Source: Negaprion brevirostris
Lineage: Eukaryota
Direction: 5' to 3'
Length of the DNA: 64,000 nt
NCBI GenBank assembly: GCA_030324005.1
Contig: JARDVH010000031.1
Coordinates: 40,287,203-40,351,202 of the forward strand
A model generated the notes under the pieces. It searched no databases and was not told where the DNA came from. It saw nothing but the letters and a program-made list of their open reading frames with translations. Position 1 is the first letter of the stretch; every line of letters starts with the position of its first letter. The position numbers and the translations under genes are program-made. This document shows positions 51,270 through 63,500 of this stretch, piece by piece.

Positions 51270-51470
51270 CCTACCAAGCTTCCATTTTTCAGTTTCTGGC
51301 AACGAACCACAACAGCAAAGTGAAATAGCGGACCATTTGTATATAATATTCTTGGGATCTGTTCACTTTTCAAGTGTGATAGAGTCCTTTGCTTGGCCGA
51401 TTAATGACGACGCCGTGTTTCTTTCGGGACGTACTGCATTAATTATTTAGTAAATCACGTGGCCGAATCA
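51270..51470 (-). promoter_or_regulatory. Candidate distal HoxD3 promoter and non-coding first exon
   Basis: Minus strand GGCCACGTGATTTACTAAATAATTAATGCAGTACGTCCCGAAAGAAACACGGCGTCGTCATTAAT, followed ~180 nt later by donor-like TTG|GTAG|GTAAAC (51266-51277). Hox3 genes are known to use upstream non-coding exons. Confidence 0.55.
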
Positions 51471-51914
51471 AATATAAAAGGATACATAAAATCTTGCCAC
51501 CTCTTCTGGACATAATCATAAAATGTATAAGTCTTTACCATTTGAGAAATATTTGGGTGGTAAATATGTTTTAAAATTCTAAAGGGAAAGACTAACAAAT
51601 ATGGCTGTTTAGTAGCGTTGGGTTGCATCAGCTTTGTCCCATTTTGAATGACCAGCCTATGGCATGGTCGGATTGACTCTTTGCCTTCCTTTCAGCTGTT
51701 TCTCTTTCCAGGCTAGGAGCAAAATAACGGTGCAGTGTACACATAACAATAACAATTCAGTGCACATTTAAGTCCTCATTTAAGTTTAAGTTTATTCCGA
51801 TTTGTTCCATGAAACTAAATATTAAACTTATTTCAATTTTAAGGAAGTCAAATCATAAAAAGTGGGTCTTTAATGCCCGTATTTGTCCCCTAAACATGCA
51901 TGGAGTTAAATAAA

Positions 51915-52095
51915 TGCGTGTACAAAAAAGTATGCATTTACATTATCGCATATGCACCCATGCATATATACATACACACATACATCAATACACATACCGT
52001 GGCCATATCCACATATGTACACATACACATGTACATACATGCATATACATAAATACATACTCATGCATGAAAAATATATATATATACATACAAAC
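51915..52095. repeat. Degenerate (CA/TA)n low-complexity microsatellite
   Basis: Alternating purine-pyrimidine runs such as ATATATACATACACACATACAT and ACATACACATGTACATACATGCATATACAT. Confidence 0.85.
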
Positions 52096-53736
52096 AGCAC
52101 ACAGCTAGATGTAATGGTTATATGTAGCCATGGAAAGCTGTGTTGAGCGTCGATAGATATAAATATGCAAGTTGATTGATTGTGATTGATATTATATGTG
52201 ACGTTGTGAATTTTGAATGATATAACAGTTCAGAAATCATGATGTTGTTTACTTTTATGTTCTGTGCTTCCCTTGTTTGCCTATTCGATATTTATGTGAC
52301 AAATTACACAGTGAAAGAACTTGAAAATAATTAAGATTCTGAATTTAAAACATCTGAATTATGAATTGTAACCAGTGCCTACTAATACGTGTTGCTGGAT
52401 AGGTTAAATATTGATAAATTACATGACTAAATGAATATGAGACGTTATCAATTGACCTTGGTGGTAACTGCGGTTAAAAGTAGACTGCTTTTCAAGGAGA
52501 TAGGTGTTGCACAAAAGTCAAAGTCATATACTGCTTACAGCTTCTTTTAGCATTTATATGCTCTGGTCATTTAGACTGTGCCTTGGAAAAGACACTATTT
52601 GCCGCTGATTAATTGCTACTTATTGGGGCTTTTCGCACACACTGTAACTGAGTTTCAGTGACCTCTGTTTGACCAAATATTACAAAATATTTTGAAAAGT
52701 TCGTTCAGTTTCACTTTTCGTGGATGGTTGTAGAAGAGAAAGGAGGCTCCATTACGCTCAACTGTCATAGTGGACGGGGCAGACATTTATTCTGGGGGGG
52801 GGGGGGGGGTGGGGGGGGTTTAATTTTAATTATAAATTTNNNNNNNNNNNNNNNNNNNNNNNNNNNNNNNNNNNNNNNNNNNNNNNNNNNNNNNNNNNNN
52901 NNNNNNNNNNNNNNNNNNNNNNNNNNNNNNNNNNNNNNNGGGTGTTAATATGAAGTATAACTGGGCAGAACATGGGCCAGGCCAAAACACCTACACGACA
53001 GGATGCTGTGTCCACGCAGAGACGAAAATGTGACTTCTTTTAGTTAAAACAAATGAATTATGACAACATTTTGAAACCTTATCCATAATAAGGATGCACC
53101 ACTGCTCGAGAATATAATTACTTCCAACCGTACTACTGGACGTTTTGTTTATTTTTGTTGTTTTACTGTTACATATGCGGGGATATCTTTTAGCTGGCAT
53201 GAATTCAATTCTGGTTTGACAAACCAACGTGGGCCGTTATTCCACACAAACATCAACCACTGCAACGCGATTTCGAATGTTTTGAACATATTAATGAATG
53301 TGGCAAAACTATATTTTTGTGGCGCCTATACGGAAAAAGAATTACAGTGGAAATCTCAATGCAAGTACTAAGAGATAAATGTTCGGGAGAGTTTCTGAAC
53401 ATTTTCTTTATTCAGCATCGTAGGAAGCAGAGCAAGAACATATTGAGTTGAAAAATAGGCAACGTCTGAAGCTGAGTAAATGAACAACGTCTATGTACTA
53501 TCATTAGAGGTAATGGCTGAAATGTCACTTCTGTGAAGGTGTAAGGGTGGGAGAAAACGGGGGTTTACAGGCATCGTGCATGATCCTAAAATCTATACGT
53601 TCTGAGAATTGATGCAAAAGTTACCCCTGTAGTAATTGGAGTAGTTCATACGTGAGAAACTATTTCAACTGGCTTTAACTAGAGGGTGTCTGTGTTGAAA
53701 CACATAGAAAAGGCGAAGGGTAGGATTGAGTCCAAA

Positions 53737-53813
53737 AGGTCAAGGGTTTAGAGGTCAGTCCTCCAGGCTGAAATACAGCTAATCGAATAGAAAATTTGTC
53801 CTCTTGGTGAACC
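53737..53813 (-). promoter_or_regulatory. HoxD4 3' neural enhancer RARE region
   Basis: Minus strand GGTTCA-ccaag-AGGACA at 53797-53813, which is Hox4 3' DR5 type (Hoxd4 GGTTCA-n5-AGGACA). Plus strand AGGTCA-agggtttag-AGGTCA at 53737-53757. Confidence 0.8.
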
Positions 53814-56331
53814 TGTTTCTACAGTTTAGCCGAACTTCAGTAAAAATACCTTTTCAGCTTCTCAACATGAAGGCGTCAGAAAAGGACATCTTTGCTTCGC
53901 GTGAATCTTAGCGTTTTGTGCTGATGACAATGATTTAAATGGCATAGAGAATATCACTCATTTATAATATCAAGACGTGGATATATTATAGTAATGTCAT
54001 GTGCAAGTCTGAGAACTACACGGCTTATCCTATAAAGAACAAAGCTTCTTGGAATTCGCCTTTTCAAACAGCCCATGTCCAGCTAAGCCAGCTGCAAGCT
54101 TGCAGGGCAGTAAAGGGACAGGAAAGAGAGCTGCACCGACAACTTTCTTTTGTTACTGAATGCTACAAAATCGAGTTTGAGCATCGAAATTCCTCGGAAA
54201 TAGATTTTCTTGACTTCTTGCATTTTGACGGAATTCTGGCATTTCCATCTAAATTGCTGCGTGATTGCGAATAATGATTTCCTGAGAGTTGGTTTGGCAC
54301 GGTTTCCTTTTAGCGGATTAGCTAGCCCATTAACACGATACCCTCCGGACTTTTTTCTCCCTTTAAATACACAGCCTTTCTACCGATAGCTTCGATTATT
54401 TTAAGACAATATTGTGGACACTCGCCATCTTTCTTTCCCAAAGCTCCAGTTTTGCGGGTGGCAGAAAAATCAAATGACCGAACTCTAAGCCATCTCACAT
54501 TTGTTCGCGCAGTTTTAGTAATGTGTGAGGAGATAGCCCTCAATTGTAATCACACAACTAAACACAATCGCTCGCCTTTCCCCCGNNNNNNNNNNNNNNN
54601 NNNNNNNNNNNNNNNNNNNNNNNNNNNNNNNNNNNNNNNNNNNNNNNNNNNNNNNNNNNNNNNNNNNNNNNNNNNNNNNNNNNNNNNNNNNNNNNNNNNN
54701 GGAGAGTTTTTTGAGCATTAAAAAATGTATCTTTATATTTAACTTATGGAGTAATGTTATCATGAAAACAGTAAGGCATGTTCGAATAGCTAATGAGCTT
54801 TTCCTTCGGGGCACCAAAAAGACTTCATTCCATTTAAATATCTGGATATCTTGCAATGAATGGTCGGTTTAAAACATCGCATAAAGGAACTGAATGTGAA
54901 ATGCCCATGACATACCAATGTGCCACTGATTGATATCGTGAGAATATTGGCACAGTGCATCCAGTCCTGTGTTTCAGGAAGTTCTGACTCGTTTCGCCTG
55001 CTTGTAACAACATAACATTAGCTTCCTTCAAACTGCCAGAAACAAGAATCTTCAGCAATTTGTGTTTAGGTGTAAATTACCTAATTGAAGAGCCTCTCGG
55101 CTATTGTCCCTGTCCCTCTAAATCAAGCATCAGTGTGTCTTTACAGATTAATAGGCTGGTAAAAAGAAAACGAATAGGCTCTTCACAAAGCAAAATATAC
55201 ACGGTGTGGAGAGTTTCTGTTTCTAAACTGTGTACCTTGTAGCATTGTTGTTCGCTCATCCGTTCTGGAGAAAATCGAAAGGAAACGCATTCCCACTTGT
55301 AATACTAAACGTTCACAGATTGGTGTAACCAACTTACTCATTTATCAACTAACAACCCGAGAAACAGAGTTTAACAAGCATCCTGAACACAAAGTACTGT
55401 TGCAATATTTCACTAACCGCATTTCTCTTTCAGAAACCTTGCTTTAGATTACATCGGTTGGTGTCGTTTCCTAATTTGATATTGAATTGGAGACACTAGA
55501 TTTTTTGGCATTTTGTATTGTTGCATGTAAGGTCTATTTTCATGACATTTGCACACGATAGCGTCGCAACAGGAGCGGTCGTCACACACAAGATTCCATG
55601 TGCAGATACCGAAAAAGGAAAACCACTCACGCTATTTAGCTTATTACTACTAAATTTATTTTTGAACTTTAGTAGTGCGTACGAATTTTGGTATCGTTCT
55701 TGAACATAAAAATGTATGCAATCTTGCATTGTAGACTTGTAACAATAATCCATCCAGCAGCACAATTACAAATACCATTTTCTCATTTTAAATAAAGAAA
55801 CCACATAACACTATCTAATTCCTGATCACTATAAATCTCAAATACCAACACAACATACACAAAGAGATGGAATCGCAAAAATGCACATTACAAGCAAAAT
55901 AGCTGTGGAAATCAGAAATTACCACAACAAATCACTGGGCCTTCATTGTAAAATAAAAGACCATGAACAAGCGTCGGAGCCTTTCATTTTCATGCGAGCA
56001 GACTACACATGTATCTTCCTGGAGTGTACACCTCGCCATGTCTTCAAGGTCTTAATGCCTCGCACTTGTTAAGGTTACTAAGGTGTACTGCATGATAAGA
56101 ATAGCCACTGACTAAAATCGCAATGGTTTCCGCTGCAGCTAAGGTGACTTTCTCCTTTTTTATTGTTTCATTTCCTACATTTAAGAACAAAGGTGAGGCA
56201 CAAGACAAGGTCCCTTCAATGCCATANNNNNNNNNNGGAAAGCACCTACAAGCCATGTTATCGGTACATGCAATTTCTGCCTGGAAATGTCTCATTATAT
56301 ACACTTAAAGAGCCACTTAGAAGAAGTGTTT

Positions 56332-56642
56332 CTATAAACTTGTGAGGTCTGTTTGTTGGTCCTTGGAAACAGTTTGTAACTGTTGATTGGAAGTCGAGGA
56401 AGAACCAGAGGATCTGGTCTTTGTGTTAGGCAGTTTGTGATCTTTTTTCCACTTCATTCTTCTGTTCTGAAACCAAATTTTGATCTGGCGTTCGGAAAGA
56501 CATAAAGTGTGAGCTATTTCAATCCGACGTCGTCGTGTCAGATACCTGTTAAAATGGAATTCCTTTTCCAGTTCTAAAACCTGCTGCCTTGTGTAGGCAG
56601 TTCGTGAACGTTTTGGTTCCCCTCCTGTGTAATTAGGGTTCA
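56332..56642 (-). CDS. HOXD4: HoxD4 exon 2 (homeodomain)
   Basis: Acceptor TTTTTCAG|TG. Encodes [75 protein letters not shown] and the C-terminus TDLTSL (D4-type). Confidence 0.96.
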
Positions 56643-56896
56643 CTGAAAAACAAAACAATTCAAAAACCATTCAAATCTGCACCTAAAGTTTGTCAGCCGC
56701 TTTCACCAGTCAGCCCTAGAGGCAACGCCTGCACCGTAATAGTATCTCTGCAAGGAAGTTCAAATAGATATATATATATTGTTACTAAGGATCACTTTAA
56801 AGTTCTTACGGAATTGGGGATATAACATGTCCCTGTTACTCTCAGGCTCGAGTTTTCACATGGAGTCAGCCACATGGCCCGCGGCCTATTTCCTCA

Positions 56897-56980
56897 GCAA
56901 TAAAAATTTATGATGGGTGTAATTGCTGGTCTTTTTAAAAACCGCTCATAAATCCTCTCTTGAAGGAGTTATTTACGGTA
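56897..56980 (-). promoter_or_regulatory. Hox4 intronic HB1-type homeodomain-binding element
   Basis: Minus strand GCAATTACACCCATCATAAATTTTTATTGC, plus neighbouring GATTTATG and CCGTAAAT sites, in the HoxD4 intron. Confidence 0.7.
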
Positions 56981-57101
56981 GACCTGTATCAATGGGTCAC
57001 AAATATTTGCCANNNNNNNNNNNNNNNNNNNNNNNNNNNNNNNNNNNNNNNNNNNNNNNNNNNGGGGGGCCCCGAAAGGGAAACCAAAAAGTGGATCTTA
57101 C

Positions 57102-57513
57102 CCGTGTTAACGTGGATTTTCTTCATCCAAGGATAAACCACTGCTGGTTGTTTGGTTGCTGTGCCGTTTTGACTCTTTGGATTATGTTGCTGCTGGCTGC
57201 AAGGCCGGCCTATGGAGACTTGGAGCGGTGCAACGGGCTCCCCCTGCCCTGTGAGGTGGTTCTGAGGAGCGGGCTGTGCCTGCAGATGACCCCTCTGCTG
57301 CACTGGAGAGCCCCGAGCGTTGCTGCAGCTGTACGACTGGCCGCTGTAGTTTGACCGTGGATAGATTCCTTGGTGCTGAAATTCTGAATCCTGCGACTGG
57401 CTGTAATACTCTGAGCAGTGGTCAGGTATGTAGTTATTTTGCGAGTATTCCTCGCAAGGTGGAAATTTGGGATCCACATATTTAGTGTTCATCAAATACG
57501 AACTCATGGTCAT
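57102..57513 (-). CDS. HOXD4: HoxD4 exon 1
   Basis: [26 protein letters not shown]-terminus, [11 protein letters not shown] hexapeptide, phase-1 donor CGG|GTAAGA. Spliced CDS is 723 nt (240 aa). Confidence 0.96.
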
Positions 57514-57564
57514 TAATTTCTGAAGGTGGAAAATACTAATTTTTCTCCAGTTGTCTTTTTTTCC

Positions 57565-57640
57565 CGTTCCATAAAGCCCTCCTACTTGCTGTCAACTGAA
57601 TAAAGTTAGTCACCCATGTGACCGTGCGAGCCAATGGCGT
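57565..57640 (-). promoter_or_regulatory. HoxD4 proximal promoter / leader (PG4-conserved block)
   Basis: Minus strand ATTGGCTCGCACGGTCACATGG (CCAAT + E-box), then AACTTTATTCAGTTGACAGCAAGTAGGAGGGCTTTATGG. Confidence 0.7.
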
Positions 57641-58859
57641 GGCCGGGCCCGATTCCCGGATAAGGAAACAGCTAATGACAATTTTTTACAAACTTCGTCC
57701 AGAAAACCTTGATTTAAAAATAAATTTAAAAACTGCAAGGTCGTGATTTTCTCCCCCCAGCAGCCACTAAGTACTTGAAACTGGTTCCGGAAAATACACA
57801 CAGTTGAGTTTCCCATTTGGAGAGAATAATTGTTCACTCACTGAGCGCCCGAATATTGCTCAGGTAATTTGCTCTTTTGTTAAAAGGGAGATTTCCACCA
57901 TTCCTTGCCGCTTTTCAAATAAATCAAGGAGAGCGAACTCATTCGGCATGTTGGTGTTTGTTGTTGCAGCTTTTTCCCCGGGAGCAGCAGGACAATAGCG
58001 AGGGTTCCTGGAGAAACGGCCAGTAGTCCAACGCACGCAGGGTGACAAAGGAATCATCCAGTTAGCCAAAAAAAGGAATAACGGAGCTGAGGGAAATAAT
58101 TACAGCCATTACCGATGCAGAAAGATCTTTTGGACAAAGTTATTCAAAGGCAAACATGGGCCTAGTTCAATGTAGTCAGAACAAGGCATTCCGTATCACA
58201 TAAAGCACTTTGCCTGTGTTGCTTGAGGACATTGCCAGATCAAAAATACTTTGTTTCTAAAGTTGAAACATTTGCAAGACTAGGGTATAAGTTTTCTATC
58301 TGATGGCCGAAACATTTATGCTGCCATTTTTTCACAATTCGTTTTTCTCTTCTCACATTCACTCACATCTCTTATCTCCCTAAACTATTCTAATAACTCA
58401 CTCTCCTATTTGTAACGTGTACAATTCAACCTTAAGTTTTGAACTGAGCCGCATTCTAGATCGATTTAATTCCTAAGCTCTAAAGCGATACGAAAACCGC
58501 CAGCCAATCTTTGTAGATAATTTATCGTCATCGCCATGGAAACAGGCAGCTTGAGAAAGAAATACTTAAGTTTCAGTAATCTTAGATTTCCGGAGAGTAA
58601 ATCCGGAAGTTTAGAAACGACTGCATTCTCAATAATGATCAGGAAATCAACACGTTAACCATCACAGTTCGATTGCAAAAGAGAAGTAAAATAATCCATT
58701 CAGTTTTGAGCGGCGAGATCTAAAAGCCTACTCAATATTGAAAACTGGATTCAAAACAAAAAGAGACCATTCCCAATTAAATCATTCAGTATGACTTAGA
58801 ACTTCATCAATCTAAACAGTAAAGGCCACGGAGAGCAAACTGCTGATTTTCGTAGTGTT

Positions 58860-58946
58860 GGCATCGACCATAGACTCCCCTAGAAACGAATCTGTGACAG
58901 AAACATCACACAAATTCGGTTCTACAGGGTATATATAGACGACGGG
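58860..58946 (-). ncRNA. MIR10B: microRNA miR-10b precursor
   Basis: Mature 5p UACCCUGUAGAACCGAAUUUGUG at 58931-58909 and 3p arm ACAGAUUCGUUUCUAGGGGAGU at 58895-58874 fold into a hairpin. Located ~1.4 kb upstream of HoxD4. Confidence 0.97.
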
Positions 58947-60548
58947 TTGCAAACAAATTCGGTGACTAATTACAATATGGGAAAGTGGTTTAAAAGCTCC
59001 AAGGGGTTCATGGCTTGCAATATTAATAACTAAAAAATAAAATTCAGACACAGCGATTGTTAAACAATTTAATTGTTTGGGCACTGGGAAAAAAACATAG
59101 AAGTCGTTCTTTTATAACTGGTAGCTGATAGCAAACATTTCTACGTGCGTTGTTCGGCAGTGACAGCAACATGAATCAGCGTGCAGAGTTGGTTTGTGCA
59201 TACAGTCTACAAGGCAGAAGTTATAATTTGTTACTGTGCTTATGAACCCTTCGTATTTCACAAAGATTTTATAGGAAACAGTTTGTACCGATCCGCTCCA
59301 GCTAACATTACTAAGTGCCCCAGCGTGAATCAATAATTGCTCCAGATGCTAATAATTTGAACTCACCACTAACAAACCGCAGGATGTTATAACAAATATC
59401 GCCCGGCCTAAACAATTCCTAAATCTAATCAAAAAGTTATACATGATAATGCAAATATTGGTTTATTTCAAAGTGTTCTCCATTCAGTGCTACTTTCAAG
59501 AAATGATAGCAGCCCAGGAAAAAAATAACGATTGTTTGTTCTATTCTAATCTCTCCCTCGGAGCTGGATCAAATAATAAATGCTGGCAGAGTGTTTCGAA
59601 ATCTAATTACCATCAATTGGATCGCCATATGCAAGGAAAAATGCATATTATTTAATCTGCCAACTAACTAGGATTCCCTTTGCCTCGAACAAGTCTAAGG
59701 TGGTTTCTCAACTCTCGTGCATTGTAGATTCCTTACTCTGCTCTCCACACTGTCCCCGCAGTGCCACCGCGTTGTGTGTTAAAGGCTGAAGGGCACGGGG
59801 TCAGACTGAAATCATTTACAAACACCTCTGAAAGTTGCATTATTATTTTCACTTTAGCGAGCGCGGTGCGCCTGACCTTTCGCAAGTGTGTGAATCTTTC
59901 CCAACTCACTGAGTTTACAGTAATTCTACCCTTGTGCCTCTAGTTAGAATAACGCACGCGAGTGGCCAAGAACAAATATAAATCTTCGGCAACGAAAAAA
60001 AGTAAGTGTATTGAACAGTACAAAGGTTAGACTGAAATGTTTTGAGCTGCACTGATTAACAAAGTAAAACGGAAACTGTATTTTCTGCCACGAAATGGGA
60101 CTGTTCACTTTGTTTCTCTGCTGCTTCTGTCCAGCACAACAAAGGTTTCGTTTTGTCGACGTTTTATTGCAAAGCAACTAAACTAATCCTTTACAAATGT
60201 TCAGAATTGTGTTTAACCCTTGAGTAAATTGCTGCTTTGATTATTTTACCTTCTGTTAAAAAGAATCATTACGTCGCTAAAAGTTTGGTCTTGTTTACCT
60301 GTGATTTTTTTTCGTTTGCCCCAGTGCATTAGGAAAGAGACAAAAAACTAAACAGTTTTCGACAACCAATGACACCAACGAAATGCACCGGCAGTGAATT
60401 CAGCTTTAAAAAAAGCCTTTTTGCAAAAAAAAACCCAGATACCGTTACATCATCCGCTAATTGGAAAGCCAAATCTCTTTTACTGCTCAAATTATCGCAG
60501 ATTGTGAAGCTGATTGGTGCTACACATTTTAATATTTGTTAGACGCTG

Positions 60549-60565
60549 TGACCTGCATTTCACCT
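60549..60565 (-). promoter_or_regulatory. HoxD4 5' DR5 RARE
   Basis: Minus strand AGGTGA-aatgc-AGGTCA, the sequence of the characterised Hoxd4 upstream RARE; ~3 kb upstream of the ATG. Confidence 0.88.
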
Positions 60566-63500
60566 TACTGCTCGACTCGTTCAGACAGGTCAATGCCAAA
60601 GAGTTATTGATGAACAAACCCGATTAAAATTCACCTCTTTTTTAACTGCCCACACAAGTGCTGCGACTTTTGATCTAGCAGATTTTGACCTAGAGAATGT
60701 CAATGCAAAGTAAGTGTTTGGGAAGTGAACCCTATATTTATTCATAGATTCAGTTGTTCAATGAAAGCTATTATTGCCATGAGCCTGCTCAGGGCCTTCC
60801 TGCGTATAAACACAACGATTTAAAAAACAAAATTGAATTTTTAAAAAGTTCACCTTTCCAGTGACCCAGAAAGCCATTTTCTTGCAGGAGTCCACTCAGC
60901 ATAAGGAAGACTGTTTTGCTTTTCAGTAGCAATTACCCTTGATTACTTATCAACGCCTAGAGATTCACATTGTAAAACTTAGTGCTGACACGAAGGATCC
61001 ATTGCGCTGGCCCATTGCTTTGCCAATACCGGTTAAACATTATCTGGATCTATTTAAAGTGAGTTCTTGTTTGACGTTTATCTCGTGGCATAATTAGGCC
61101 GTTACTCGGAGGGCAATAGAATCGGATATTATGGGTAAATATAGACTAGTATCTGTAAATGTCTGCATTTGATATCCTTATGAATGCTTATAATTAGCTG
61201 AGGTGAAGGAGCAATGGCAGACTAAGGTGAAAAGACACATTGACGGTCCCTGGTGTGAGAGGACAGAATATTTCTAGTTCTGGCTTGCGACAGCCAGATT
61301 GTAATTCAACTCAAGATGTTTTACTGTCCCTTTTGCAATAAAGATTTGAAACTGTCTAATTTGACGTGCGATTTTGGTTACTTTATTGTATTGCGATATT
61401 ATTAACTTTTCCTTAAATGTATAGTTTTAATGTATTATCTTCATGAACCTATTGATAGAATATTTTATTTACTGTATCTTTCATAGTTAACAAAATGCAA
61501 GAAACTTTTGAATAATGCTTCAATTTAAAAAATGAAATTTTGCAATAAGTAATATCTATCAAGAACCTGGCGGACTATTGCAAAAACACTTTTATCATAA
61601 AAGGTAAGCCTAACCAATACATAACACAATAAAGGAAAAGCTGTGCTTTAGTTAAATGAATAGCTCATCTGATGCTCTGGCAGCCATAAGGCTTGATTTT
61701 TGGCCTACATGTTTACAGTGACTGTGATATCTGGAGAACTTTAACATTTCCTTTCGCCCACACGCTTCTGTTGGCTCAATAAGTGTACGCTTTAAATATC
61801 TGCTATAATTATTGACACGTCATTCGACAAAGTGATTTTACAGATGTTTTTGAAACCGGAACAATAATTTTCCTGCAAATGACCTTTTACAGATGCAGCC
61901 TTGCACTGGGAGGCGCTGTGTAGTACATTACCAGTTCAAAATAACAACCCAACTAAATCTGACTGGATATATACCGTCACAGTTAAACACAAAACATTAA
62001 CTGCTTTTACTCTGTACCTAGACATACCCTAAGCCTTTCAGGGAAACTGAATGTAACAGCATCATTTCTCCCATGCAGTTATACAAATTGAGCAGAATGT
62101 CAGGAAGAAAGTAAGTTGTGCACAATTGTTACTCGAATCCTGCTAGAATCCACGTAACCACTCCCTTTAGGCCCACAATGTGACCGTCTCATTTTCTATA
62201 TAGACCGCATTCGAAACTAACATCCGCTCCCAACTATTCGCCAAACATTTAAGAAATAACACACAGCTACTTACGGAAGAGCCTCTTCCNNNNNNNNNNN
62301 NNNNNNNNNNNNNNNNNNNNNNNNNNNNNNNNNNNNNNNNNNNNNNNNNNNNNNNACAATAAAGATAGAAATCAGTGGAATTACTTTCCGGTTCAAACTA
62401 ATGTTAAAGTAACTGAAATATTTTTAACTTCGCAAGTTCAGGTAAGCGGTCTTCGTGACTATTTTCAAAGACAAAAATGCGACCGACAATATAATTTATG
62501 CTACAGTTAGAACTGTATTTTTACGTGCAGCACTTTAAGCAAAAATTCGACCATTTATATACGGCGAATCATCATTAGTTTCATTTTACACTGTTTAAGC
62601 ACAGGAAACCCATGTGATATCACATATTCTAGGCAAACAACAATTTCAATATTGGTTTTACATTGCTTTGGCCGTCTCTGACAATACAAATTTTCTCCTC
62701 TCACGAGTTAATGTGACCATTCAGTGCACTTTTAAAATATATCTATATGCATAAAACGTCGATTTGTAATGATAAGCGACATTAATGAAAAGAAAGTCCT
62801 CTGTGGGCTGATACCCACTCTCAAATACGTTCTCGAATATCTTGGCAGGTATTTTTTCTTGAGGTTGTGTTTACTATTCTTTTCAAATGCGGATTTTATT
62901 GAACATTTAGAGCAGAGAGAAAAAAACTCGTGGTGTTACTCAGCCTCGTTAACTTCGAATAATTTCGAAATCTTTATTTTTTATTTCTTAAAAAGTTTAT
63001 CTCTTAAATTCTCCATTGAAGTTGGCTAAAGAGGGCAGGGCATACTGGAATTTTATTTTATAAAATAAATCCGAATTGTGTATGAATGTGCTGTTCACAT
63101 TTTCTGTTGTCAGTGTCAACAATCTTCCTCTGGACTCCTTGTGTAGAGCCTGCCCCTGTCATGTTTAGTATTTATTCATTTTCTTTTGCATTAATATGGC
63201 ATTTTGGTTCCTATTTCGCACTGTTTAAGATTTCATAGTTCCCCCATCCCTCCCCCCGAAACGTTGTCATACCATTCTACAAATTTCAGCAACATGAATG
63301 TAGCCCATAAGTAATATCAATGTGTAACTAAAAAAAAATTAATAGGGTTAATTCATTTCCTATTGCCTCACTATTTGCGGGACACAAAAGGACTGAAATG
63401 GGAATTCCGAACTAGTTCTCACCAACTGCAATGAGTGTTTTGACTCCGTTTATTGAAAAAAAGGATATTTTTCAGCAGATATTTGGAGAAAATGAAAATG

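Noticed and set aside
51906-52146. His/Tyr/Ile-rich short ORFs
   Set aside because: Translations of the CA/TA microsatellite.
52173-52190. Two TGATTGAT Pbx/Hox-like sites
   Set aside because: Part of a (GATT)n-like simple repeat next to a microsatellite; not distinguishable from chance.
53622-53635. TACCCCTGTAG resembling miR-10 or its target site
   Set aside because: An extra C breaks the seed, there is no hairpin partner, and it lies beyond the likely HoxD4 3'UTR.
56923-57485. Antisense and alternative-frame ORFs overlapping Hox exons (also 23886-24104, 24575-25123, 33031-33263)
   Set aside because: Shadow ORFs of GC-rich coding sequence, with no independent support.
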